From assembly GCA_963921275.4 (NCBI GenBank), contig OZ001293.3:5056001-5120000 (forward strand): a stretch of 64,000 nt of DNA, read 5' to 3'. Shown here piece after piece: positions 23,136-33,109 of the stretch. The first letter of the stretch is position 1. Every line of letters begins with the position of its first letter. The notes under the pieces are model-generated. The model was not told the origin of the DNA, searched no databases, and saw only the letters and a program-made list of their open reading frames with translations. Position numbers and translations under genes: made by a program. Source of the DNA: an uncultured Hormoscilla sp. GTDB lineage: Bacteria > Cyanobacteriota > Cyanobacteriia > Cyanobacteriales > Desertifilaceae.

Positions 23136-25506
23136 GTGCGATTCGTTTAGTGTAAACTAACTTGACACAGGTCAAGGAAGGGGACCACTAGCAGGGTATC
23201 ATTAGCCCTGACAACTTATAGATGATGGTGGTGAAAGCCCACCCCTCCAGGTGCAGGAGTGAAAGCGTAATCCCTACGGTAGCGATGGCATCAATCCGTA
23301 AAGCGGGATTAAAAGGCACCCTGACTGCTAGCCTAAACCGGTCATTGTCGAGCAAGTAACTATGATGAGCGAAAGCAAAGACTTATAAGTGTCGTCATGC
23401 AGAACCAGCGAAAATGCTGAAACGCTGGCCTAAAAGGGAAAGGATAAAGGTCATTGGCGGTTTGTCATCCGACCAATAAGCACTGACAATAAACCCGGCA
23501 TATAGAGTCCATCTAAGGTTACAACCAATCATCTATAGGAACGAAGTAAACCAGGTATGCACTCTCTACCACCGGTCGATAGGTAGAGTAGCCACCAAAG
23601 GCGCAACATCTGCTTTCATCAGGCAGGTCATACTTGGGAGAGATTTCGCGGAGAAGCAAACGACCACCGGTAATAGGTGGTATACGCTGACGCCCTCACG
23701 GTAATGTCAATTGTGAAGTTGTAAGTAGCAATGCATACGTCATAAGCACGATGAACACATCGATGAATGAATGGAAGGATATCTCCTGGCGAAAGCTGGA
23801 ACGGGTAGTCCTCAAGTTGCAAAAACGAATTTACAGAGCGGCACAACGTGGCGACAAGCGGACAGTTCGCAGGCTCCAGAGGTTACTGGTAAAATCCCGG
23901 TCAGCCAAATGTCTAGCGGTACGACAGGTAACACAGGACAACCAGGGAAAAAAGACTGCCGGTGTGGACGGTGTAAAATCACTGACCGTAGAACAACGTC
24001 TAGAACTGGTAGGACAAATAGAAATCTCAAACAAGGCCAAACCCGCACGACGAGTGTGGATACCAAAGCCAGGGAGAGACGAAAAACGCCCATTAGGGAT
24101 ACCGACAATGTACGACCGTGCGACACAGGGGTTGCTAAAAATTGCGCACTTATCCTGAGTGGGAAGCGTACTTTGAAGCAAACTCCTACGGCTTCAGACC
24201 GGGAAGGGGATGCCACGACGCAATCGGAGCAATCTTTATTAGTATCAACAAAAAACCCAAATGGGTGTTAGATGCTGACATCGCAAAATGCTTAGATAAA
24301 ATTAACCACAAAGCGCTAATGGAAAAACTAAATACAACATCACCAATCCGTAAACAAATACGGGCATGGTTAAAAGCCGGGGTGATAGACAAGAGAGAAT
24401 GGTATGCAACCGAAGAGGGAACACCTCAAGGTGGAGTCATATCACCATTACTGGCAAATATAGCCCTACAGGGGTTAGAAAGAGCAGTAATAGAAATTGC
24501 CAAAACACAAAGAGAAAAGAAAAAACTGACAGTAGTCAGATATGCCGACGACTTTGTGGTAATGCATGATGAGAAAAAGAAGGTGGAAGAAGCACAAGTG
24601 GTTATAGCGAAATGGCTAAAGGGGATTGGACTAGAACTTAAGCCTGAAAAGACGAAGATAGCTCATACGCTGCACGGCGATAATCCAGGATTTGATTTCC
24701 TAGGATTCAACGTAAAGCAATATGAGGTAAGTAAAAACAAAAGCGGTAAGAACAACGGACAACCCCGAGGTTTCAAAACCCTCATAAAACCCAGTATAAA
24801 GTCCATAGGTAAGCAGAAAGAAAGGCTAGCGGAAGTACTGGCCAGCCATAAAGCAGCTCCGCAAGCTGCCCTGATAAACAAACTCAACCTAATAATACGG
24901 GGATGGGCAAACTATTACAGGACTGTGGTAAGCAAAGAAACTTACACAGATATGGACACCTACCTATGGAACATCCTGTGGAATTGGGCAAAAAGAAACA
25001 CCCCAACAAATCAAGTGAATGGATAGCCAAAAAGTACTGGACAATAAACCAGGACGTCGAATGGAGATTCAAAGAAGGGGAAGCCAAACTATACCAACAT
25101 GCAAGTACTAAGATAGTAAGGCATATCAAAGTAAAAGGAACAGCTAGCCCATACGACGGGAACCTCACTTACTGGAGCACTAGACTAGGCAGGAACCCAG
25201 AATTGAGCAATCTAGTAACAAAGCTGCTCAAAAGGCAAAAAGGGAAATGTCAATACTGCGGACAGACATTCAGAGATAGCGACAAGTGGGAAGTAGACCA
25301 CAGTAAGCCACTCTCATTAGGTGGTAAGGACCGGTGGGATAATCTACAACTACTACATAAACACTGCCACGACATAAAGACTGCCAATGATGGTAGCAGC
25401 CGTATCCGTGACAAGGATGGCATTACTGAGGAGCCGGATGAGGTGAAAAGCAGATCGTCCGGTTCTGAAGACTCCTCGGGGAGGTGACTCCCTGGCTTAG
25501 TTTAAT
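23136..25506 (+). mobile_element. Group II intron with RT/maturase/HNH ORF (23751-25487, two frameshifts)
   Basis: GTGCGATTCG...TTAGTTTAAT; PQGGVISPLLANI, RYADDFVV, C-terminal HNH; EBS1 TGTCAT pairs with exon ATGATA; altered domain V. Confidence 0.93.
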
Positions 25507-25509
25507 AGG

Positions 25510-25630
25510 ATAGTGGGTCACAAGTAGTGATTTTAGCGCCTGAAACCCGGGCTGTGTCCCCCGGGAGCGCCTTAAGCACTACCCGGAGGACACAGAACCG
25601 TAGTCAAATCACTACATCTTGACCACTACC
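25510..25630. mobile_element. Small MITE-like inverted repeat with a nested TGTCC-type mini-element (25552-25595)
   Basis: TAGTGGGTCACAAGTAGTGATTT / AAATCACTACATCTTGACCACTA arms. Confidence 0.6.
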
Positions 25631-25635
25631 AAGTA

Positions 25636-26115
25636 TTAATTCTCAATTATTAATGAATAAAATTCTTCATCAAGAATTTGTTCGTTATCAAAAGGACAAA
25701 CTTGAGGATATTCGGACTCATTAGGAATGGGAATGTCAGAACTTGCTCGTTTTCCTTCTTTAATCGCCAGATCTCGACCATCACGATAAGATTCCTCTAA
25801 AATTTTGGGTAAATAGGATTTTAAGGAAGGGGTTTTACTCAGTTGTTTATTGATTCGCTTGCGATGTTCGTCAACAGAACTGTACCAGCTTTTTTTCATC
25901 GTTTCTGGGGCATCAGCTTGTACCGTTAATTTAAGCAGATGGGCGAGAAGTATCATTAAATTGCTTTCGAGGGCATTTTTTTCTGATTTACCCAAGTCTT
26001 TAAGTTCCTCAATCAAGTGTTCGATATCCAGTTCGGAGAAGCGATGATTTTTGAGTTTTTTGATATGATCTTCAATCCATAAGTTGAAGTCTAGATCGTA
26101 TAGTGTTTGTTTCAT
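25636..26115 (-). CDS. DUF29 family protein
   Basis: LYDLDFNLWIE...LDIEHLIEELKDLGKSEK...LLAHLLKL...PSLKSYL. Confidence 0.9.
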   Translation of the reverse strand: MKQTLYDLDFNLWIEDHIKKLKNHRFSELDIEHLIEELKDLGKSEKNALESNLMILLAHLLKLTVQADAPETMKKSWYSSVDEHRKRINKQLSKTPSLKSYLPKILEESYRDGRDLAIKEGKRASSDIPIPNESEYPQVCPFDNEQILDEEFYSLIIEN

Positions 26116-26360
26116 TGAGAATTGTTCATTGAGAATTGTTCATTGAGAATTGAAAAAAACCGAGAGAAAGTCAATTAAATATTACTAAAGTTACAATAAA
26201 TACAGTTATACTGAAAATACTGTTTAAATTACTTAGATGACAAGCGGCGGAGAGGAGCAAGGCACGCCAGCACTACCACAAGGATAGCCGCTAAGATTGT
26301 TTTTCCTTACTCTCGACAGTTACCATTATATCATCCATCTAATCTCTCTCAAATAAAATT

Positions 26361-27731
26361 GTGGAAGTGGTCGTTACTGGCATTTGTCTGGTGTCAGCTT
26401 TAGGGATGCTACAGACCAGTTGGCAGCGCCTGATCGCTGGTGAATCTGGCATCAGGCTTTCACAACCTTTTCGGGAACTGCCACCACGACCTCTGGCCCT
26501 AATTGGCAAAACTCCGATGTATCCTGGTGCTGCATCTCCTGGGAGCTTGATGTCCCCCGGACGCACTTCGATGCCTACCGTTCCGGAAAAATCGGGATGC
26601 TACGCTGCGCGAAAAATCGCAAAAACCTACGATGCCTTCCGGACGCACGGCGAAAACCCGGAAGGCATCGCTCAGACATCGTCGAAACCCGGGGGACATC
26701 ATCTGAGCACTACCCAGGAGATGCAGTGCGCTAATCCCACAACCCAGGATACCTCGGCAGCTGACTTAACTACTCTCACTCAGCTGGTGGTGACCGAGGC
26801 GATCGCCGATGCAGGTCTAGTCCTACCATTGCCAGATGCTGGGGTGGCGATCGGGTCTAGTCGCGCTCATCAGGCTTCCTGGGAACAGCTAGCTAGACAA
26901 TTACAAGAGGATTCTCTCATGTCCGGTGCCCATTGGTTGGATACCCTTCCGCATATGGTGGCGATCGCCTCGGCCCGGACGATCGGCTCTACTGGTCCGG
27001 TGTTAGCGCCAATGGCTGCTTGTGCTACGGGCCTCTGGGCGATCGCCCAAGGCTTCCATCTGATCCAGACTGGTCAATGCCAGCGGGCTATCGCCGGGGC
27101 AGTGGAAGCTCCGGTGACGCCCTTAACCCTGGCAGGCTTTACCCGGATGGGAGCCTTAGCTGCCACTGGTGCCTATCCTTTTGACAAAAATCGCGAAGGT
27201 TTGGTTTTGGGGGAGGGTGCAGCTGTCTTGGTGCTGGAGTCAGCAACGGTAGCTAGGCGTCGCGGAGCCCCTATTTATGGACGAGTGCTCGGGTTTGGCT
27301 TGACAAATGATGGTTATCATGCTATTGCGCCCCAACTGGGAGGCAAGAGAGCGATCGGGGCTGTGAAGCAATGTCTGGAGCGATCGGGCCTGGAGACAGC
27401 TGACATTGACTACATCCATGCTCACGGCACCAGTACGAGGTTGAATGACCAGAACGAAGCAAAATTAATTCAATATTTATTTCCTCAAGGCGTTCCTGTC
27501 AGTTCCACCAAGGGAGCTACAGGTCACAGCCTGGGAGCATCTGGGGCCTTGGGAGTAGCTTTCTGTCTGATGGCGTTACAGGAGCAGCTATTGCCCCCTT
27601 GTGTAGGATTGAAAGCACCAGAGTTTGATTTAGATTTACTGATGGCACCGCGTCGGTGTCAGGTGCGGCGAGTGCTGTGTTTGAGTTTTGGCTTTGGGGG
27701 CCAAAATGGGGCGATCGTCTTAGGAAAGTAA
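26361..27731 (+). CDS. fabF: Beta-ketoacyl-ACP synthase (FabF-like) with an 80-aa in-frame insertion
   Basis: [61 protein letters not shown]. Confidence 0.85.
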   Translation: MEVVVTGICLVSALGMLQTSWQRLIAGESGIRLSQPFRELPPRPLALIGKTPMYPGAASPGSLMSPGRTSMPTVPEKSGCYAARKIAKTYDAFRTHGENPEGIAQTSSKPGGHHLSTTQEMQCANPTTQDTSAADLTTLTQLVVTEAIADAGLVLPLPDAGVAIGSSRAHQASWEQLARQLQEDSLMSGAHWLDTLPHMVAIASARTIGSTGPVLAPMAACATGLWAIAQGFHLIQTGQCQRAIAGAVEAPVTPLTLAGFTRMGALAATGAYPFDKNREGLVLGEGAAVLVLESATVARRRGAPIYGRVLGFGLTNDGYHAIAPQLGGKRAIGAVKQCLERSGLETADIDYIHAHGTSTRLNDQNEAKLIQYLFPQGVPVSSTKGATGHSLGASGALGVAFCLMALQEQLLPPCVGLKAPEFDLDLLMAPRRCQVRRVLCLSFGFGGQNGAIVLGK

Positions 27732-27775
27732 GTAAGATAAATGTGTTATACTGCTGAAAAAAGAGGAGTCATTTT

Positions 27776-27997
27776 ATGCTAAAGACACATAGACAAAAAG
27801 CGATAATCCAGTCCGGAGGTGTGATAAGTATTAGCTCGCCAGAACTTCCAGCTGGTACGATAGCAGAGGTGATTGTGATTGTGGATGCATCGATTGAAGA
27901 GCCTAAAAAGTCCTTAACTAGCTTCATTGGGGCTGGTAAAGGTAGTTTGGCAACGCCAGAAGAAGCTGATGATTTTATCCGTCAACTGCGAGGATAA
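27776..27997 (+). CDS. Putative antitoxin; followed by a PIN toxin fragment (27997-28110)
   Basis: SPELPAGTIAEVIVIVD...GKGSLATPEEADDFIR; downstream RVYQDTNIWIY. Confidence 0.55.
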   Translation: MLKTHRQKAIIQSGGVISISSPELPAGTIAEVIVIVDASIEEPKKSLTSFIGAGKGSLATPEEADDFIRQLRG

Positions 27998-28110
27998 TGA
28001 ATATCTTAAACGCTATCCAGGGAAGGCGGGTGTATCAAGATACCAACATCTGGATTTATACCTGAGAAGAATATCCGACCTTTGTCACTGATTTAAGGGA
28101 ATTATTTCAA

Positions 28111-28571
28111 ATTTATGGACGAGTGCTCGGGTTTGGCTTGACAAATGATGGTTATCATGATAACGCGCCCGAACTGGGAGGGAAGAGGGCGATCGCAGCT
28201 GTCAAGCAATGTCTGGAGCGATCGGGCCTGGAGAGAGCTGACATTGACTACATCCATGCTCACGGCACCAGTACGAGGGAATGACCAGAACGAAGCAAAA
28301 TTAATTCAATATTATTTCCTCAAGGCGTTCCTGTCAGTTCCACCAAGGGAGCTACAGGTCACAGCCTGGGAGCATCTGGGGCCTTGGGAGTAGCTTTCTG
28401 TCTGATGGCGTTACAGGAGCAGCTATTGCCCCTTTGTGTAGGATTGAAAAGCACCAGAGTTTGATTTAGATTTACTGATGGCACCGCGTCGGTGTCAGGT
28501 GCGGCGGGTGCTGTGTTTGAGTTTTGGCTTTGGGGGCCAGAATGGGGCGATCGTCTTAGGAAAGTAAGTAA
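28111..28571 (+). pseudogene. Duplicated 3' end of fabF (copy of 27273-27735), frameshifted
   Basis: Near-identical nucleotide sequence with small indels. Confidence 0.9.
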
Positions 28572-28678
28572 ACGTTCCTTACAGACAATTTATTTATCTT
28601 TAGAAGCAACCGCGCTTACTTATTTTTTCCATCGTTTTGAGAATAAATAAAAATCACGAAATTTAGAGGAGGCAAGTC

Positions 28679-29368
28679 ATTCTCATTCAGTTTACAGATT
28701 TCAACGCTGCTTGTACTATCATCAGTACCGACTGCAATTCTCAATGGAACGATATTAGCAATGTACTCGATGCTATGCCACTACACCTAAAAGCTTCATC
28801 CCAGGCGGGACTTCAAGGCTATCCCATTTTCGATCCTGTAGGAACGAATGAATACATCAAAACCGAATTAGTTAACCTGGGATGGGAACCGAATAGTCCC
28901 ATTCCCAAACAATACAATTTTTTAGGAACCCATATTGATGCTGGTAAAGCAGGCGCGATCGTCGAGAATCAATTTTCCAACTATCCGTTTCTTCTCAATA
29001 ATACCATAAGATCCGATTTTTCGGGCCGTCCGCGGACCGTGCTTTTCTTTAACGCTGAGACCATGTTTTCTGGGTCAGCCACTAAACTGGTAATTATTAT
29101 CACAAAAGCTCATATGTTTCCTGCTTCTAACAGCACTCTATATTACGAACAAGCTGTCAACTGGTTGACAGCATTAGCTCAATATAATGTATTTGATGTA
29201 CCAATACGACTTGTGGGGTTGTTTGCACCGCAAAATTATACTGTATCTGTAAAATGGACTGTGTACCAGGCACAACGATCAAGAACTGTGATCGCGCAAC
29301 AAAATCGCCAATGCCAAATCATTTCCGGAACTAGACCTGACAGTCGTTGTGTTCTGAATTTACTCTAG
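28679..29368 (+). CDS. BglII/BstYI-like type II restriction endonuclease (likely impaired)
   Basis: THIDAGKAGAIVENQFSNYPFLLNN, PASNSTLYYEQ; GAGGAGG followed by ATT at the probable start; 24-nt insertion. Confidence 0.7.
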   Translation: MLIQFTDFNAACTIISTDCNSQWNDISNVLDAMPLHLKASSQAGLQGYPIFDPVGTNEYIKTELVNLGWEPNSPIPKQYNFLGTHIDAGKAGAIVENQFSNYPFLLNNTIRSDFSGRPRTVLFFNAETMFSGSATKLVIIITKAHMFPASNSTLYYEQAVNWLTALAQYNVFDVPIRLVGLFAPQNYTVSVKWTVYQAQRSRTVIAQQNRQCQIISGTRPDSRCVLNLL

Positions 29369-29384
29369 CAACAATAGGTTAATT

Positions 29385-30494
29385 CTACAAGTCAAGCTCC
29401 AGTTGCTGATTTTTCGGGCCGTCCGCGGACCGTGCAACTTGAGTTTTTTCTGGTGTCTTTTTTCCCTTTCCATTCAGCGTAGAATCTACTGGACGTTCTT
29501 CCCCTCGTAAATCAGCAGCAAAGGCTGCTTCTTCATAATATAATCTTTCTTCCATTTCCTGCAAGTGGTATTCTTCTGGGTATATCTTTGCCTTTGAACG
29601 TTCCGACGGTCTTTTCCCAATTTGGACGTCAAACCGGAATTTATCAATAGGTTCACCCGTTCTTTCTATGTAGTTTCGCAAGGTTTTCAAGTTTGGAAAA
29701 CATCCATTTTCATCTGGTTCACCACTCAGACGCCGCATCGCTATTTGATGATAGGTTGGATTCATTTCTGCACCGATAAAATGTCGTTCCCAGTCTCTGG
29801 CAACAACTGCTACTGTACCAGCCCCCATATAGGGATCGAAAACTACTTCATTTTTGTAAGTTGTTGCTAAAATAATTCTCGCTATCAAGTCTTCTGGAAA
29901 TTGACAAGGATAAATTGTTTGTTCTTCGTGGTTGTGTTTGACATTCGAAAATAACCAGATATCCCCAGGATTTTTTCCCTTTGGGTTACAAGATAGTTGA
30001 CCTTTGCGATCTCCTCGGTAATGTTTTTTATTCTGGTATTTCTGCGGTACTCTAATCTCATCTAGATTAAAGGTATAGTCTTTAGATTTCGTAAACCACA
30101 AAATTGTTTCGTGGCGACAGGAAAATTTATTTTGCGCGTGCAGTTCATGTTGTCTAGCCCAAATAATCCGGTTTCTGGGAATTAATCCACAAGATTCTAT
30201 AATTGGGAAAAAGCGGATATCTAAGGGAATTAACATTCCCCGATCTGAAAAAGCCCCTATTTGCAAAAATAGCGCTCCAGTCTGTTTGAGAATTCTGCTA
30301 CATTCTTTTAGGACAATAGTCTGTTCTCTTAAATAATTATCCAATGCTTGCTTAGCTTCGTATTCCTTACCTAAATTATAACGTGGCGAGGAGACAACTA
30401 AGTCCACACACTCATCAGGTAATTCTTTGAGTACATTCAAGCAATTTCCTAGAAATATTTTGTCCAGCGGTAGTTTTTCTTTATCCATCGTCAT
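29385..30494 (-). CDS. N4/N6 DNA methyltransferase (beta class); catalytic motif reads SPRY
   Basis: DLVVSSPRYN, NPGDIW, CQFPEDLIARII, VFDPYMGAGT. Confidence 0.9.
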   Translation of the reverse strand: MTMDKEKLPLDKIFLGNCLNVLKELPDECVDLVVSSPRYNLGKEYEAKQALDNYLREQTIVLKECSRILKQTGALFLQIGAFSDRGMLIPLDIRFFPIIESCGLIPRNRIIWARQHELHAQNKFSCRHETILWFTKSKDYTFNLDEIRVPQKYQNKKHYRGDRKGQLSCNPKGKNPGDIWLFSNVKHNHEEQTIYPCQFPEDLIARIILATTYKNEVVFDPYMGAGTVAVVARDWERHFIGAEMNPTYHQIAMRRLSGEPDENGCFPNLKTLRNYIERTGEPIDKFRFDVQIGKRPSERSKAKIYPEEYHLQEMEERLYYEEAAFAADLRGEERPVDSTLNGKGKKTPEKTQVARSADGPKNQQLELDL

Positions 30495-30510
30495 TTAACT
30501 AGAACATCAC

Positions 30511-31116
30511 TCATTTGTCTCCGGCCATCCAAACTAGGTAACCTAACATCCGATCTACTGGTGGCAAGGAATACACATTCAGGTCTATTGTGAGGGTTGA
30601 TTGCACTAAGCTCATAAACTGCCATTGAATCCCATTACTCACACTACCATAAATCCTCGGGATGGGATGAGATTGCGCCTCATTAAACCGTTGAACGGCA
30701 ACCATCTCAGCAATGCACTGACCAAAACCTGTTTTCAGATCGGTTCTATTCGCTTCCACCACCACAACCGCTGGCGCTTCAATTTCTAGGACTGCTGTTG
30801 AACGGGTAAGCAAAAAATCACAGACCCCATTTAGCCCCGCTGATTCATCGACATTAAATTCTTCTCCAGAAAATAGGCTAACCTGACGATCTAACTGTCG
30901 TCTTACTTCGAGCAGCATTGGGTAGATAATTCCTTCTGAACGGGCTTTCTCACTTCCCGATATCGCTACTATTGGTAAGCTTTCTTGGAGATAGCCCTCT
31001 AGGATGGGGGAAGGTTCGATCGCCTCTATCTCTGGCAAAAAGCGATCGCCCTCAACCACGGTCAAGTTGAAAGCTGTTTTGGCGCTGCTAATGGTTTTGA
31101 ACTGACTGTAAGACAT
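30511..31116 (-). CDS. Conserved cyanobacterial PD-(D/E)XK-like protein (paralog of 52649-53281 and 53768-54010)
   Basis: SEKARSE, LFSGEEFNVD, GVCDFLL, GQCIAEMVA, YGSVSNG. Confidence 0.75.
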   Translation of the reverse strand: MSYSQFKTISSAKTAFNLTVVEGDRFLPEIEAIEPSPILEGYLQESLPIVAISGSEKARSEGIIYPMLLEVRRQLDRQVSLFSGEEFNVDESAGLNGVCDFLLTRSTAVLEIEAPAVVVVEANRTDLKTGFGQCIAEMVAVQRFNEAQSHPIPRIYGSVSNGIQWQFMSLVQSTLTIDLNVYSLPPVDRMLGYLVWMAGDK

Positions 31117-31129
31117 GGGACGATCGAGT

Positions 31130-31567
31130 TTACTCGTGACTAGGTAGAACCTAGTCACGAACCCCAGAGGCTCTGCCTCAAAAGAGGCTGATGGCTTGAT
31201 AGTATGATAACATGAGGCTCTGCCTCACACAAGACGTTCCCAGACTCTGGCTGGGAACGCGAGTTAAAATAACTTACTCGTTACTCGTGACTAGGTAGAA
31301 CCTAGTCACGAACCCCAGAGGCTCTGCCTCTTTTGAGGCCGATGGCTTGATAGTATGATAACATGAGGCTCTGCCTCACACAAGACGTTCCCAGACTCTG
31401 GCTGGGAACGAGTTAAAATAACTTACTCGTTACTCGTGACTGGGTTCTACCTAGTCACGAACCCCAGAGGCAGAGCCTCTTTTGAGGCTGATAGCTTGAT
31501 AGTATGATAACATGAGGCTCTGCCTCATACCAGGCGTTCCCAGCGGTCGTCTGGTGTGAACGAGTTA
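31130..31567. repeat. Three ~150-bp tandem multi-hairpin repeats (GAGGCTCTGCCTC / CGTTCCCAG..CTGGGAACG family)
   Basis: Units start at 31130, 31281 and 31430; related single copies near 12296 and 47827. Confidence 0.9.
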
Positions 31568-31577
31568 ATTGAATTGT

Positions 31578-32798
31578 TTATATTCCCATTGCCTGACCTG
31601 CCAACCAACCAGTAGTCCAGGCACTCTGGAAATTGAACCCGCCAGTAACGCCATCAATATCCAGAATTTCCCCGGCAAAATATAAACCCCGACAACAGCG
31701 ACTCTCCATTGTTTGAAAATTCACTTCCTGCAAACTCACTCCACCACAAGTGACAAACTCTTCGTTAAACGCCCCTTTACCTGTAATTTGATAAGTTCCT
31801 TGGTTCAGTTCTAGCACTAACTCGTGCAATAATTTATTAGATAACCCTGCCCATCTATCCTGTTCCCTAATACCGACATTATACAGTAACTGCTGCCAAA
31901 GACGGCGGGGCATGGGAACAGGACAGCTAGATGCGATCGCCCGCTTGGGCAGTTGGGACTTGACCTGCAACAGCATTTTCCGCAATTGTTCTTGCTGGTA
32001 CTGGGGCAACCAATTTACTATTAATGATGTCTGATAACCGCATTCATGCAAAACCCTCGCCCCCCAAGCAGAAAGTTTCAAGATCGCCGGACCACTCAAC
32101 CCCCAATGGGTAATTAACAATGGTCCAGTTTGTGCTAACTTGGCTATGGGCAACTGCACTCGCACATTTTCCACGGAAACCCCTGCTAAACCTTCAATCC
32201 GAGGATCGGAAATCTTAAAAGTAAACAAAGAAGGAACGGGTGGGATAATTTGATGACCATTAGCTGCTGCTAGTTGATAACCCCGTCGGTTGCTACCTGT
32301 GGCCAGAAGGACGCGATCGGCCTCTAACCTTTCTCCAGACTTCAACCCGACCACAAACTCATCCGGTTGCCGGGAGACAGAAACCACCGTTGCACCTGTA
32401 CGCATATTCACCCCAGCCCCGATCGCCCCTTGCAGGAGACAATCTACAATAGTTTGGGAATCATCCGTAACGGGAAACATCCGTCCATCGGCCTCAGTTT
32501 TCAACTGCACCCCGTGGGAGACGAACCAGTTAACAGTATCCCGGGGTTGAAAGCGGGTGAAAGGGCCCCGCAACGCTTTCCCACCTCTAGGGTAATTTTG
32601 TACCAGCGTAGCGGGGTCGAAATAATCATGAGTCACGTTACAGCGTCCGCCCCCAGAGATGCGGACCTTGGATAGCAGTTGGACTCCCGCTTCCAGTAAC
32701 GTAACTTCGGTGTGTCCATGGCAAGTCGCGCAGGCGATCGCCCCAAAAACGCCCGCCGCGCCACCACCGACCACCACAATTCTCTGCCAACTCATCAA
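31578..32798 (-). CDS. HI0933/BaiN-family flavoprotein
   Basis: GGGAAG, KVRISGGGRCNVT, FVTCGGV, GEILDIDGVTGGFNFQSAW. Confidence 0.93.
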   Translation of the reverse strand: MMSWQRIVVVGGGAAGVFGAIACATCHGHTEVTLLEAGVQLLSKVRISGGGRCNVTHDYFDPATLVQNYPRGGKALRGPFTRFQPRDTVNWFVSHGVQLKTEADGRMFPVTDDSQTIVDCLLQGAIGAGVNMRTGATVVSVSRQPDEFVVGLKSGERLEADRVLLATGSNRRGYQLAAANGHQIIPPVPSLFTFKISDPRIEGLAGVSVENVRVQLPIAKLAQTGPLLITHWGLSGPAILKLSAWGARVLHECGYQTSLIVNWLPQYQQEQLRKMLLQVKSQLPKRAIASSCPVPMPRRLWQQLLYNVGIREQDRWAGLSNKLLHELVLELNQGTYQITGKGAFNEEFVTCGGVSLQEVNFQTMESRCCRGLYFAGEILDIDGVTGGFNFQSAWTTGWLAGQAMGI

Positions 32799-32800
32799 AT

Positions 32801-32962
32801 TTAATCTTCCGGTTCAAAATCCTCTTTTCCCACCCCGCAGACCGGACATACCCAGTCGGAGGGGATATCTTCAAAGGCCGTTCCTGGTGCTATGTCGCTA
32901 TCTGGATCGCCCTCTTCCGGGTCATAGACGTGACCGCAGGCGGTGCATACATATTTCTTCAT
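32801..32962 (-). CDS. Rubredoxin (53 aa; not in ORF track)
   Basis: [53 protein letters not shown]. Confidence 0.93.
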   Translation of the reverse strand: MKKYVCTACGHVYDPEEGDPDSDIAPGTAFEDIPSDWVCPVCGVGKEDFEPED

Positions 32963-33109
32963 GTTGGTGTCCTCCTCATCTTGCCTGGATCTTACCAGTT
33001 TATTACACCTGAATTATAGAAAGAAACCAGGTATATGGGAAAAACCTGGTTTCTGGGCGACTGGTGAATATGTCCGTAGCGAGAATCTCCTCCCATTTCA
33101 ATGAGTATT

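Noticed and set aside
26111..26152. TTCATTGAGAATTG x3 as a regulatory array
   Set aside because: It looks like an ordinary short cyanobacterial tandem repeat, with no further support.
27273..28571. DGR template/variable repeat pair
   Set aside because: Differences include indels and are not confined to adenines, and there is no DGR-type RT.
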